The notes under the pieces are model-generated. The model did not search any database. It was not told the DNA's origin and was given only the letters and a program-made list of their open reading frames with translations. A stretch of DNA of 63,964 nt, filler included, from Octopus bimaculoides (lineage: Eukaryota): NCBI RefSeq assembly GCF_001194135.2. It is 5 parts of 5 records of this genome, joined end to end, with 100 filler letters (N's around TTAATTAATTAA, not from the genome) between each part and the next. Parts side by side here need not be neighbours in the genome. Positions count along the whole stretch, not along the records: positions 1 to 31,209 come from NC_068985.1; 4 more parts are not named here. One strand, 5' to 3'. Shown piece by piece: positions 1 through 12,229 of the stretch. Numbering within the stretch: position 1 is the stretch's first letter; each line of letters opens with the position of its first letter. The position numbers and the translations under genes are program-made.

Positions 1-159
1 GTAGGAAATACTGTTCGTTATGTAATTTAGGACTATATTTCATATTATTCTTTAAGGATAAGTTGATAAATGAACTAACAAATAATGCTCTAAGATGTAC
101 ACATTTTCCAAGACACACATTTCGCTGGTTTAAATAAATTGCAATATGACCGGGTATTA

Positions 160-441
160 TAGTACATTATAGTATAATATTAGGTCTTTAGGCAGGCCAT
201 AACAATGTATAATTTATCAATATCAGCTGGGGTTTTGTAAAAGCTTCTAGAGATAATATAGTATAGATTTCCATTGTAATAGAGGAGTGTTTATAATTTA
301 TAGTACATTATAGTATAATATTAGGTCTTAAGGCAGGCCATATCAATGTATAATTTATCAATAGCAGTTGTGGTTTTTACAATAGCTTCTAGAAATAATA
401 TAGTATAGATTTCCATTGTAATAGAGGATCGTTTATAACTT
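160..441 (+). repeat. Tandem duplication, 141-bp unit x2
   Basis: TAGTACATTATAGTATAATATTAGGTCTT...AGATTTCCATTGTAATAGAGGA starts at 160 and again at 301, with scattered substitutions. Confidence 0.9.
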
Positions 442-862
442 ATCAATAATATTATTAATATTATTGATAGTATTATGAGGGGTTGTCTCCCCTTAACGTA
501 CTTTTATTCAAGAAGGAACTTATTTAACGAGTTATTTAAGGACAAATTTGAATATGGACTGGACTTAGAGACGATGTTTTGGTATTTACCTCTTGTTCGT
601 AATTTTTTGTTCTTAATTTTTTCCCTGAAGACGTGAAGGCAAATTATATGTTTGACTTAAATTTGACAGTCAAATATAGCCTTATACAGAAATGTTAACA
701 TAGGAATAAATTTCAATAATAATGGATACTAGAGTCAAAACACTCTTTTAAATTTAACACTTTGGATATATAACCAAGGAGAACGATCCTTAAGGAGTCT
801 ACTTTCGACTTTTTGCGGTGAAATCTCTTTCTATATTGGTAACGATTACCTGTTTTTCTATG

Positions 863-898
<36 letters not shown>

Positions 899-1952
899 TA
901 TATATATTTGTCCAACACACACACACGCGTACCGTACACACACAAGCATACACATATCCCTACGTACAAGGGTGCATACATAGACACATCCATATTCCCC
1001 TATATTTATATTCACGCATATATATATGTATGTATATATGCACATATATGTTATTTCTTTATATATGTTATATATTTATATGTCATCAGCAGCAACAGCT
1101 CTCTAACATCTATATATTCAGCAGAAGTCAAACACATACAGTAATAACCAAACGACATTTTTAAGGTGGACACAATAAATTGTCTTTAGACGATGATTAC
1201 TCTGTTCGTTCCGTATTTATGATCACAAATTCATCCGTGCATGCCACGATGGATGTCATTATAGACAAAAACATATGAAAATCTTGATAAATGAGATATC
1301 AAATATTTGTTCAGGGTATTTTAATAACAAATGTGTTCGACATAACTTTAATGGAAACACTGATTTGCTTTCGTATGTATGTTTATTTTCGCAAATATTT
1401 GAAAAAAATATTTTATGTTCTTTCCGTTTTTTCTCTATTTTAGTGCTTGTTCTATTTTATATTAATTTACTCCCCTGTACACACGATGATATTCAACCGC
1501 ATGGCACAAAATGACAGTTTTCTTTGTTCTTATGCATTATGCTTCACTGAGTGCACGACAGAACATTCTTGTCTGCTGGCGTACAATTTTATCTTCCGAA
1601 ATGTTTACATGGATATCTGTCATGCATCCCAGAATTCTGTCAAAAATGTAGAGAGTACTTATTTTGGTGAGGTTTGTGTTAAGAGAAATGTGATAAAACG
1701 GAACGTAACGAAGCAAACGGTAAGAAGTACATTATATCGTTTATGAAAACGACACAAATTTGATGTAACTCGAAAAGTTTGGTCCAACGCATAGACAGTT
1801 GAACGGAAAACGAATATATACTAGATATACATATGTACACGCGGGGGTAATGTATATGTGCGTACATACATACGTTCATATATGTGTGTGTGTGCGCGCA
1901 CGTGCGTGTGCGTGTGCGTGCATGTATGTGTGCGTGTGAGCGTGTGAGCGTA

Positions 1953-2111
1953 TAAAAGTGGTAATTGATGTTAAAGGAGGGTCAGCCAGGTATTTTAAAC
2001 TAATGTATATTGTGAAATATACCAGAATCTACTATGTGCATGAGTTTCGTTAACATTGAGATAGCAGAACTCCAAATCACTGGGGTGGCCTTATACATTT
2101 GACCAAGGCTG
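1953..2111 (+). mobile_element. Tc1-like transposon 3' end fragment
   Basis: 1955+ translates KVVIDVKGGSARY, matching the Tc1 C-terminal AVIxAKGGxTKY motif. Ends GGGGTGGCCTTATACATTTGACCAAGGCTG followed by TA (2112-2113), like a Tc1 right TIR plus TA target. Confidence 0.6.
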
Positions 2112-2143
2112 TATATATAAGTATGCATATATATGAATACATA

Positions 2144-2211
<68 letters not shown>

Positions 2212-2344
2212 NNNNNNNNNNNNNNNNNNNNNNNNNNNNNNNNNNNNNNNNNNNNNNNNNNNNNNNNNNNNNNNNNNNNNNNNNNNNNNNNNNNNNNNNN
2301 NNNNNNNNNNNNNNNNNNNNNNNNNNNNNNNNNNNNNNNNNNNN

Positions 2345-2391
<47 letters not shown>

Positions 2392-3721
2392 CAAGGGAAT
2401 GCCGAAAAGTTTCTGTGTCAGGGTATAAGAAAATAAAAGAGGATCATTTAATTATGATTTTATTCAACATTTTCCTCTCTCAGATTCACGCACTTATTGA
2501 AGCGGTACTTCAAGTTTTCTAAGGCATGTAAACTAGCTCGGAAGTTTGTGCCAACAACCAAGCTTTTCGTGACGCCCTTAATAACAGGAACGTCAGCGAC
2601 AACATCTTATATATATAATTTTGCAGGTAATGATATGATAGAAGATGAGAATATTTCCAATGCAGCATTGAACCGAAACTGTTCGCTATCTACAATCTGA
2701 CACTATTGAAACTCTGAGGAAACTTAAGAGACCACTTCTTGGCACATGACTGGTAAAAGCAGTGCGTAAGAGTTACAAATAGATAGGCAGCCACTCGCAC
2801 ATACATTAGTGTGTGTGTATGTGTGCATATGTGTGCAATGCGTGTGTACTTCTGTGTCTCTGTGTGCATATACCTAAATATGTTGTAAGAATCTTGTAAA
2901 GCATTATCGAAAAATCCCATGAGTCTTCAGATGGATCATGCGCCACGTTTCTTCTATACATGGATAAGACATTTCAAGTATGAATGGTGAAACATTTTTC
3001 TTTCTCATCTGTAAATATGATCTCCGCATTACTGCGTGTTAATAGCACACTTAACGTTGCAAAATAGAAATAAACTATCACTTTACTAAATTTCTACCTT
3101 GTTAGCTATCAAGAGTGTTTGAATTAAACTAATACTAACATGATCAGAGAAAGGTGCAGAGTGAATGACAAAGAAAGAAAGAGCGAGAAAGAGAAGAGAG
3201 AGAGAGGAACAGAGAGACAGGGAAGGGGGTTCGAGATGCTAGCAAATACAGTATTTCTAAGAGACCCATTAGCTAGTATGATTGACATATTTGCTAGCGA
3301 TAAGTTTTGGCATGTAACATGCAATCAACTGCGTTTTTCTATTTCTTCAGAAGCAGTTTACAAGCAAAAATATGTAAAAGTAAAAATAGAACCAACGACA
3401 GATGACACTGACAGCAATGAAGTTTGTTGACGTCAATCCAATCAACGTCCAGAATATTACGTAGGTTCTGCTAACACTACACACGCACACGCACACGCAC
3501 ACGTGCACACACAAAGCACACAAACACACGCACACACACGCACACACACAGACACACACTCGCACGCACACACATACACACAAACACACACACACACACA
3601 CACACACACTGAGGCACAAATACACAAAAACACACATTCACACACTCACATATATGCGTATGTGCACACACATTCACACACTCATCACATATATCTGTAT
3701 GTATACGTATGCATGTAGGAA

Positions 3722-3764
<43 letters not shown>

Positions 3765-3768
3765 AAAT

Positions 3769-3860
3769 ATATTGTTGTATTTCGGGATGGCCCATCCCGA
3801 AATACAGCAATATCTGTTTGAACACAAGGTTTTACATAAGAATTCCTGCAAGATATATTT
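3769..3860 (+). mobile_element. Terminal fragment of the repeat at 21850-22105, with a fold-back palindrome
   Basis: 3792-3860 (CCATCCCGAAATACAGCAATATCTGTTTGAACACAAGG...TGCAAGA) is homologous to 22052-22105. 3769-3790 is an inverted copy of 3792-3813. Confidence 0.7.
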
Positions 3861-3909
3861 ATAAACGTATATACTTATATATATATATGTATATATATAT
3901 ATTAATCAA

Positions 3910-4700
3910 AAGGACACACTCTAAAGAGTCTACCCACTAAAAATGAGAGTTAAAATCATTTGGACTACCAAATAATTAAAACTGAAAACAACAGATTCAA
4001 CAATATACCAGCAAGCAGATCGAAACAAATTCTCACATACATGTATAGCACAAAGCTATATATTTAATGGTACAAGTATATATGCGGACTGCTTTTTTGG
4101 TTTGATACAAAAATCTTACCGTCTTGAGCACATTTTAACCCTTAGGAACACCTTTCTTATCTGCCACGTTGAAATCTGCTGGCGTCTTGAAATGCTTAGG
4201 GCCAAAATGTGGACAGCCTGAATGTGAATAGTACTAATCCACAGCAAAATATTTGGAAGCGAATATTTATATATATATTAATATTGTTATTATTATCGAA
4301 GGCAATACAAATACTTGATAATAACAATAACATTAATATTGGTGGTTGCAGGACTATATTAGCATTATATAGTTATAAAATTAAAATTATAGTAATCGTA
4401 AGGACACACTAAAGTGTCTACCCTCTAGAAATGAGAGTTAAAAATCCTCATTTAGACCACCACAAAATTAACACTGAAGATAAAAAATTCAACGATACAC
4501 AAACAAGCGGATCAAAGAAAGAAAAAAAGGTCTCACATACCTATATAACATAATATATACAACATATATAACATATACCTATATATTTAATGGTACAGGT
4601 ATATATGTTGACCGGTTTCTGGTTTGATACCAAAGTCTTACTTTCTTCAACATATCTTAACCCTCAAGAACACCTTCCCAATTCACCACGTTGAAATCTG
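3910..4700 (-). repeat. Diverged direct repeat (3910-4178 and 4400-4700), possibly tandem PLE pseudo-LTRs
   Basis: Both copies run from AAGGACACACT to CCACGTTGAAATCTG. A degenerate hammerhead-like core lies on the minus strand of copy 2 (4611-4650). The repeat is directly seen; the PLE assignment is inference. Confidence 0.75.
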
Positions 4701-4939
4701 AAAACAGTATATCACTTGAGCGGACATGTGTTTGGTCCTCGGTCTTCATTTGTGGTACCACTCAAGTCACAAATGCTTTCGCTTCAAGGATCAGAGAACA
4801 AATAGCCCAAAATGTCGTGTATGTCAATAATAAAATGAAACCATCGATCGTGTTATCTTCATGTACAGTCTTCTTGCGCCTACAGAGTATCTCAACAGGC
4901 GTGATAGAGCAGCACAATATATTCACTGGGTAACTGGCA

Positions 4940-5356
4940 AAAACCTGAACTTGCTACATGATAAAAACTTGTGAGAATACAAACCACCTCCAGTGCTTGA
5001 AAATGATCACATTTCATTCCTCTGGAACTTCACCATTCAAACTGACAGAAAGATAGATGCGAATAGGCCAAACATTATATTGAAAGACTCCAGACAAAAA
5101 ATCATGCCTCTTCATTGATATGATTGTCAAGACCTACCAAAAACTGAGCAAGTATAAAGATCTTGAAATAGAAATTGGCAAAATGTGGAACCGCAAGACT
5201 AAAACAATACCTGTTGTCATCGGTTCCCTAGCAATGGTAACAAAAGGGGCTGATTCTTACCTAGCTCAGATACCAGGAAAACCCCAAATGCCAGAAATTC
5301 AAAAGATAGTCCTCACGGGAATTGCCCATATCCTACGTAATATACTGTCTATATAA
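4940..5356 (+). mobile_element. R4/Dong-like (RLE-type) non-LTR retrotransposon, C-terminal endonuclease remnant
   Basis: Frameshifted translation EYKPPPVLENDHISFLWNFTIQTDRKIDANRPNIILKD / CLFIDM...KLSKYKDLEIEIGKMWNRKTKTIPVVIGSL...IQKIVLTGIAHILRNIL matches the RLE PD-D and terminal TAHILR motifs. Confidence 0.85.
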
Positions 5357-5711
5357 TCCCAAATTTTAAAACAAACTCATAATTCTCTTATGTGTTCTTA
5401 AACATTCTCTAGAACATTACTATGTGCAAAACCATAAATTTACTCCCTTCTTCTATGGTCAAAAGATCCGAATTTTACTGAGGAGAGTCTGGTCGATTAC
5501 ATCGACACCAGTACTTTACTACTATTTCATTTTATTCGATCTCAAGGGATGAATGGCACTGTTAACTTTAGTGAGATTTGAACTCCGTATATTAAGATGC
5601 GCAAAATTTCTTTAAATGATATTTTACCGAAGTTCGAACGATTTTCCATCGCACCGATTTATTTCTTACTTCAGAAAGTTACGTCGACTTTGTACTTGAA
5701 TGTCCCTTGAT

Positions 5712-5842
5712 GTCATCGACGCTGAAGTGATGAAAAGAAAAGTGGATCTCGTGGTGGGGTTTGAAATCAGAACGTAAAAAGCCGGATGAAATGGGACAAA
5801 GCATGTGGTCCCACGCTTCGCATTCTGTCGGATCGCCGCCAT
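5712..5842 (-). mobile_element. tRNA-derived SINE, family A (5' part)
   Basis: Reverse complement begins GGCGGCGATCCGACAGAATGCG and contains TTACGTTCTGATTTCAAAC, as in other family A copies. A further family A fragment lies at about 5488-5585. Confidence 0.65.
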
Positions 5843-6139
5843 TTGTTTCATAATAGTATAATTTCATTTGTAGACAGATAATAGCGAGAGCTGTATATGT
5901 AAAGCATTTTCTATTTTTTACCTATCGACAGTTCTTATAATTTTAGCCATTTAGTGTGGTTAATTCTTACTGGTAAATAAATAGTACGGTTGAATATGGA
6001 TTAGGCGTGATAAACCTTTATATAACAAAACGCATTTGATAAATTATCGCGTGTGGTATGGGCTGGGCTACTGTAACAAAGATGATACAAAAAAAACTTA
6101 GATTCTTTCTGAAGACTTCTTTTTATATAAAATTCCATC

Positions 6140-6332
6140 GCCGAATGGGTAACATGATCTGCGGCATTTCGTCCGTCTTTACTTTCTGAGTTCGAATTCT
6201 GTTGAGGTTGACTTTACTTTTCATCCTTTATGAATAGATGAAACAACTACCAGTTGAGTACTTGGGTTGATGTAATTGACTTCACCCTACCACTAAATTG
6301 CTGTCTTTGTGCCAAAATTTGAAATCAGCATT
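6140..6332 (+). mobile_element. tRNA-derived SINE, family A
   Basis: GGCATTTCGTCCGTCTTTACTTTCTGAGTTCGAATTC...TTTCATCCTTT...ACCAGTTGAGTACTTGGGTTGATGTAATTGACT...TTGTGCCAAAATTTGAAA. Confidence 0.8.
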
Positions 6333-6539
6333 CCTTGGTTTTAGCGAATTGATTTTAAGAAAATTACAACCAGTCATCACTCGCAAGCGAGAATGTCTTG
6401 CGAGCTTATGACATGTCTTCGCAAATTTAGATGCCTATATCGCCACGGGACGACACAGACACAACCTTAAGCTACCTCGCTGATGACCTACGCGAAATAT
6501 CCAGGCTATGATATCAGGAAGGTGAAAGGGCTACATCAA

Positions 6540-6685
6540 ACCAGCACCGAGTTCATATCTGTTCAACTAAGTAGAGTGGAATAACGTTAACTCAACTGTT
6601 TTGTGCGAGAACACAACCGCTCAGTCAAGGAGTGGAATTCACAACACTATGATCAAGGGCTGAGCACCCTTAACTGAATGGTAAG
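6540..6685 (-). mobile_element. tRNA-derived SINE, family C, diverged 5' part
   Basis: Reverse complement resembles the heads at 18036 and 41683 (GTTAGGGTGCTCAG...GTTGTGTTCTCGCACAAAACA). Confidence 0.5.
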
Positions 6686-7149
6686 AACGTTCAATAGACA
6701 GGTAATTTGTTAAATCTTGCATTCAAATTTACACAAATTTTACAGGTGATGCTTCAGTAACATACAAGATCTAAGACAAGACAAGTATTACATATAGCTG
6801 TACAGGAACCAAAGTCTTAACACAGAATACTAGACAATAGAATGTTATTTTCCCAACTACCTATAATCATTGGAACTGCTTACGTTAAATATGTTAATAA
6901 ATCACCATGCCGGATGTAATTCTGTAGAATGAAATTGACTTCTTAAATATTATTAGACAAATAAAATACAGGTAGGTACTTGTAGTCAATTCAGAATATT
7001 AAAGGTATTCATTTTAATTAGTTGTAATTTAACCGAGAATACGGTAATAATTATGAATAGACATTTAATCAGTTTAATAATTTATTCAATGTTATAAAAA
7101 AAAAACATGGACAGATGAAAATGGGAATATGTGTATATATTAATCGAAG

Positions 7150-8190
7150 TGTACAACATTATATATATATTAATTTTTAAAGTTATTTCTACAGATTTCC
7201 TACTGAAATTAGAGCCACCGCTTGAAATTATAGCGTTTCGTATACGAATACGTCCATATAAACTATGCGATCGAAGACAGAAAAATAGGTAATGGTGTAT
7301 ATGCATACTTCAGGAGTTCTTGCTCCTTCTTTAGTACCACACCCAACCGAGTTGTTTTTAGACCCGTCAGAAAAATGAATTTTATTCCAAAACTCCTTCC
7401 CCTTACTCACATAGGTTTCGGCAGAAGAAAGACGACTCAATTCATGCCTGGAAGTGAGAAGGGGCTTCCTACGAGGAATACGTCCATGAAGACCACACTG
7501 GTTCAAACTTCGGCTAAATGTTTGAGCAGACACTAACAGAAGACACTTCGTGGGCCAAAGCTTGTAATCCCTCACGCAACGTTGGGCGTGGTGAATATCA
7601 TGCGCAGCTAAAATAGAAGGACGATCTGGACGATGTTTATAGCTTAGCCGTCCAGTAGCTTTGTACTTCTGAATTATTTTGGCAGCTATTTTTACGCTAA
7701 TATGTATTCGTTTGCTAATTAACTTGTATCGCAAACCATTTCTGTGCAAATTAAAAATAATTTTCTTCAAATCTTCAAACAGTTCTTTTCCTTTTGCTGC
7801 CATTTTAATCAGAATGAAGAAGATTTTCACTACAGTACACAAATCCGAATTCTTGCAGATGCAATAACAATGGCCGGTGCAAAAATGCCAGGAGAAGTGA
7901 TTTATTAGAATTAAAATTATCAGCAGTATCTGAATTCAGTAAATAAAGTAGATAGCATATTGAATATAGCAAATTCCCTTTAGGGTGTACATATTCTTCT
8001 ATCATTTGAAAATTAATATTTCGTCCTTATCCTTGAAAATGTTTATCATTTGTGTTCAAAAATTTGTATAATGATATGTATAATATATTTTATTCAGTAT
8101 AAATTGCGTTTGATTTCCTTCGATATTATCACAGTAATGGCATATTTACTGAATTTTTTTAGTGGGTGAACATACTTATGTGAGATACTG
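7150..8190 (-). mobile_element. Internally deleted Tc1-family DNA transposon
   Basis: ATG at 7803 gives MAAKGKELFEDLKKIIFNLHRNG...GLHGRIPRRKPLLTSRH...FWNKIHFSDGSK (HTH plus first catalytic D). The middle is deleted; a C-terminal AIISSGG relic lies near 7220. 5' TIR CAGTATCTCACATAAGTATGTTCACCCAC ends at 8190 next to TA. A second GGGTGTACATATT copy near 7983 suggests an IR/DR end. Confidence 0.9.
7228..7803 (-). pseudogene. Tc1 transposase N-terminal half (truncated)
   Basis: ORF-track 7228..7842 carries the Tc1 motifs; the second and third catalytic residues are absent. Confidence 0.85.
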
Positions 8191-8214
8191 TATATATATA
8201 TATATAATTCATAT

Positions 8215-8830
8215 AATTCATAGTCTAAAGAATTCATATTTTTTCCGTCAAAAAAATATTGAAGACAGCGAAATAAATCATAATCAGTTGTCCGGCGATT
8301 ATGGTGGGTGGGGCATCGTTTCCTATTCAAACTGCTCCAGCCTTTGTAAATGTCATTCTCATTGTATGTGGCCGAGAATTATCCTAATGGAAGACAAGCC
8401 TTCGTCGTGAAACCAAAGAGTATTTTTACTTGTAGCGGTGATTTGAACCGCTCAAGCTGCTCGGAATAGATCTTCATTGTTATCGTTTGGTTTGTGCTTA
8501 AATGTTCAAAGTGGATGTCTCTGCTAATTCCTCAACAGTTATGATGGGATTCTGTTCCACCAGGTTTTGCAGGGCGTCCTCGTCGAGTTCTATAGATCAT
8601 CCAGTCCGAGACTCGTATTCTAGGCTGTAGTTTCGGTTCGGAAATTCTTGAACCATCGTTGACACTGGCTTACGCTTATTGTCCATCCTCGTATACTGCA
8701 TTAATATTCCACGCACTTTCCGTTGCGTTGTTGTCTTTATTGAAGTCATAAAGCAAACTATGCCGAATATACTCCTTTGTTACTTCCATTATAGCTTTGA
8801 ATAAATAACTGTTAAAATTGAACTGCACTC
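8215..8830 (-). mobile_element. mariner-family transposase remnant (stops, frameshifts, deletion)
   Basis: ATG at 8789: MEVTKEYIRHSLLYDFNKDNNATESAWNINAVY / TISVSQCQRWFKNFR. Later VFH*DNSRPH, PHPP*SPD and TDYDLFRCLQYFFDGK match mariner HDNARPH and YSPDLAPSDYHLF. Confidence 0.85.
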
Positions 8831-9035
8831 TTCAAAACATGCACTAAAAATAAGTACAAGGTAAAATTACTACCTGCTTTTATGGCAAGTTGATGCAGAT
8901 AGTTTATCCCGTCCCCCTCCAACATGCAATGGAAAAACCGCATTATTTATGAGATGACACAATATTATCACAGTAGATTCACAGAGACGACAAAAACACA
9001 GAAAAAACGGGCGAAGGTATGCTATTTTATACATA

Positions 9036-9525
9036 AGCACAGTCGTCTGTGTGTCGTAATAAGTTTGCTTCCCAACCATATGGTTCTGGATCCAGTCTAA
9101 CTCCTTGGCACCTTGAGTAGGTGTCTTCTACTATAGTCGTGGGTCGACCAAATCCTTGTGAGTACATTTGCTAGACGAACACGGAGAGATGTCGTCGTGT
9201 ATACTATAAATATCCATATGTGTATGTGTTTGTGTCAGTGTGTGGCCCCCACCGCCGCCTGACAGCCAGTATTGGTGTTTTTACGTCCCCGTAATTTAGC
9301 AGCGCGATGAAAGGTACTGATAGAAAAAGCACCACTCTCAATAAGAAAATAAGTATTGCGGTCGATACATCCCACTAAAAATCCTTCAACGTGGAACCCC
9401 CAGCATGGCCGCAATCTAATGATTGAGACAAGTAAAAGATGTAAAAGAATTATATACATATTAAGGCGGTACTCCACCATGACCGCAGTCAAAAATAACT
9501 GGAAACAAGTAAAAAAATAAAAGAA
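9036..9525 (+). mobile_element. tRNA-derived SINE, family B, with duplicated 3' tail
   Basis: Head AAGTTTGCTTCCCAACCATATGGTTC, GGCACCTTGAGTAGGTGTCTTCTACTATAG, internal (TG)n, tail CAGCATGGCCGCAATCTAATGATTGAGACAAGTAAAAG. The tail is repeated at 9463-9525. Confidence 0.85.
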
Positions 9526-11145
9526 TATATATAAATGTATATATGTATGTATGCATGTATGTATGTATATACATATGTATGTGTGTATGTATGTATGTAT
9601 GTATATATANNNNNNNNNNNNNNNNNNNNNNNNNNNNNNNNNNNNNNNNNNNNNNNNNNNNNNNNNNNNNNNNNNNNNNNNNNNNNNNNNNNNNNNNNNN
9701 NNNNNNNNNNNNNNNNNNNNNNNNNNNNNNNNNNNNNNNNNNNNNNNNNNNNNNNNNNNNNNNNNNNNNNNNNNNNNNNNNNNNNNNNNNNNNNNNNNNN
9801 NNNNNNNNNNNNNNNNNNNNNNNNNNNNNNNNNNNNNNNNNNNNNNNNNNNNNNNNNNNNNNNNNNNNNNNNNNNNNNNNNNNNNNNNNNNNNNNNNNNN
9901 NNNNNNNNNNNNNNNNNNNNNNNNNNNNNNNNNNNNNNNNNNNNNNNNNNNNNNNNNNNNNNNNNNNNNNNNNNNNNNNNNNNNNNNNNNNNNNNNNNNN
10001 NNNNNNNNNNNNNNNNNNNNNNNNNNNNNNNNNNNNNNNNNNNNNNNNNNNNNNNNNNNNNNNNNNNNNNNNNNNNNNNNNNNNNNNNNNNNNNNNNNNN
10101 NNNNNNNNNNNNNNNNNNNNNNNNNNNNNNNNNNNNNNNNNNNNNNNNNNNNNNNNNNNNNNNNNNNNNNNNNNNNNNNNNNNNNNNNNNNNNNNNNNNN
10201 NNNNNNNNNNNNNNNNNNNNNNNNNNNNNNNNNNNNNNNNNNNNNNNNNNNNNNNNNNNNNNNNNNNNNNNNNNNNNNNNNNNNNNNNNNNNNNNNNNNN
10301 NNNNNNNNNNNNNNNNNNNNNNNNNNNNNNNNNNNNNNNNNNNNNNNNNNNNNNNNNNNNNNNNNNNNNNNNNNNTATATATATATATATATATGTATAT
10401 ATAAACCTCCTTAAAAATAGAGGTAAGTTATTTTTTTAGATCTTATTTATCAATATGTAAAGCAACATTATAGCATGTTACTAAAATATATCAAACTTTT
10501 ATTTGATCATTTTGTGTATACCCATATATAAATGAATATGTGTATCGGTGTATAGGTACGTATATAAGTCTACGTTTACGTGTCTGGCGTTGTGGAAAAT
10601 ACTCATTCTCTCAGTCACTGTACGGACTGTGAAGGACATCCTACGAAATTGTGTGATTTCTACTCTTTTATTCAATTGAACGGATATTTGTGAATGATCA
10701 CAGAGGTCGTGACTTGACTTATTCATTAGTTTTACTTACTCTACTGAGAATTCGTTGAGAACAGTGAAATAAGAAAATATATATAACTATTTTAACATTC
10801 ACTTATATTCCTCATATCAGGAAGGCAAACATGTTTTTCTAAATCATAAAACAGGACAGGTGGAGATTAGAGAAGACGGTAACTATGTAACAGAAACACG
10901 CTTAGATAGTTGCTTTATTGAAAAATATATTTTGTATAACTAAAACGAAAGCTGTCATTTAGATATTTTGACAGAGAACAGATTTCTATATGACGCGTTA
11001 TTAATCTCTTGCTAGTAAATAATTGAAAATAAAATTTCCATAATATATACATATGAATATTAGTTGCAAATTTTGACATAAGGCCAGCAAATCCGGGGTT
11101 GAGGAGCAAGTTGATTACTCAAAAGCAATGCTGACCACGGTAAAA

Positions 11146-11480
11146 CTTGAATTCTCCATGTAAAAACGGACGAAATACCGATAAGCATCTTACCCGGAGA
11201 GTTAACGATTCTGACGCCTCGATGTCTTAACATTTGTCATTGATATTTTAAAAATAATGTAAGATGGTGACGTGGCAGAATCGTTAGCACACCGAGCAAA
11301 ATGTTTAGTGTATTTCGCCCGTGTTTACGTTGTGAGTTCAAATTCTGCCGAGATTGAATTTACGTTTCATCCATTTCGGGTTCATAAAATAAGTACCAGT
11401 TGAGCAGTGGAATGAATGTGATCCACTCACCCCTCCCTCGAAGTTGCTGGCCTTGTGCCAAAATTTGAAACAGTAATAAA
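11146..11480. mobile_element. Head-to-head pair of family A SINEs (11146-11226 minus; 11261-11480 plus)
   Basis: ACGGACGAAATACCGATAAGCAT...GTTAACGATTCTG (minus), then GTGGCAGAATCGTTAGCACACCGAGCAAAATG...CCTTGTGCCAAAATTTGAAAC (plus). Confidence 0.8.
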
Positions 11481-12087
11481 AATCATGTAAAAAGTGCAAG
11501 GCTTTGTGTATTGGTGTTTGCACATGGAAATATGAATATATTTGTAATATACCTGGTCATACAGTTTCATAGGCAATTGTAATTATACTCGAGTAAATGT
11601 GGCAGGTTATTACTGATCTTAATTAAAGATTTACATTTGTATGATAGCCAATGTTTCTTTTGAAACCCGCCTTCACATATAGGCTGTAACTCCCCTTCTC
11701 ACCATGAGTTATATCTGTGGATTCTGGTAGGTACATTTAAATAACAATCTGCTGGAGTTTTACCTCAATATTCTTCACCATTTATCTAGAAAAGAAAGTA
11801 TTTCTGCATTCACGTATAAAATCTTGTGTTACATTTTAATTCATGTTCATTTTGTCAAAAACATGCATTGAAGTGGCACGGAGACTATCGTTTCACTTTT
11901 TATTTTTTCTCAATTGTTCATTATTTTGTGAAATGAAGTTCGCTGATGTATTGGATTTGCCGATGTCTATTTTTCCTGTTTTCGTTATTTGTCGTGCGCG
12001 CCATTCACAATTTTTCGCATTTAGATATATACGCAGATGTGTGTCTGTGCGTGTATGTGCCTGTATACATCATATGGACAAATTGAC

Positions 12088-12229
<142 letters not shown>

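Noticed and set aside
713-870. RKTGNRY resembling the PLE N-terminal DKTxNxY motif
   Set aside because: Similarity does not extend; too short.
3427-3442. CRE (TGACGTCA) next to CCAAT
   Set aside because: About 0.5 such 8-mers are expected by chance in the window; no other promoter evidence.
6480-6497. CTGATGACCTACGCGAAA hammerhead-like string
   Set aside because: No stem II closing pair, and no stems I or III found.
9535-10439. Long ORFs spanning N runs or microsatellites (also 20424-21356, 30524-31106, 45047-45626, 49445-50138, 61136-62128)
   Set aside because: Openness comes from X codons and simple repeats (YI, CV, TH, RE, poly-I/M/E/N).
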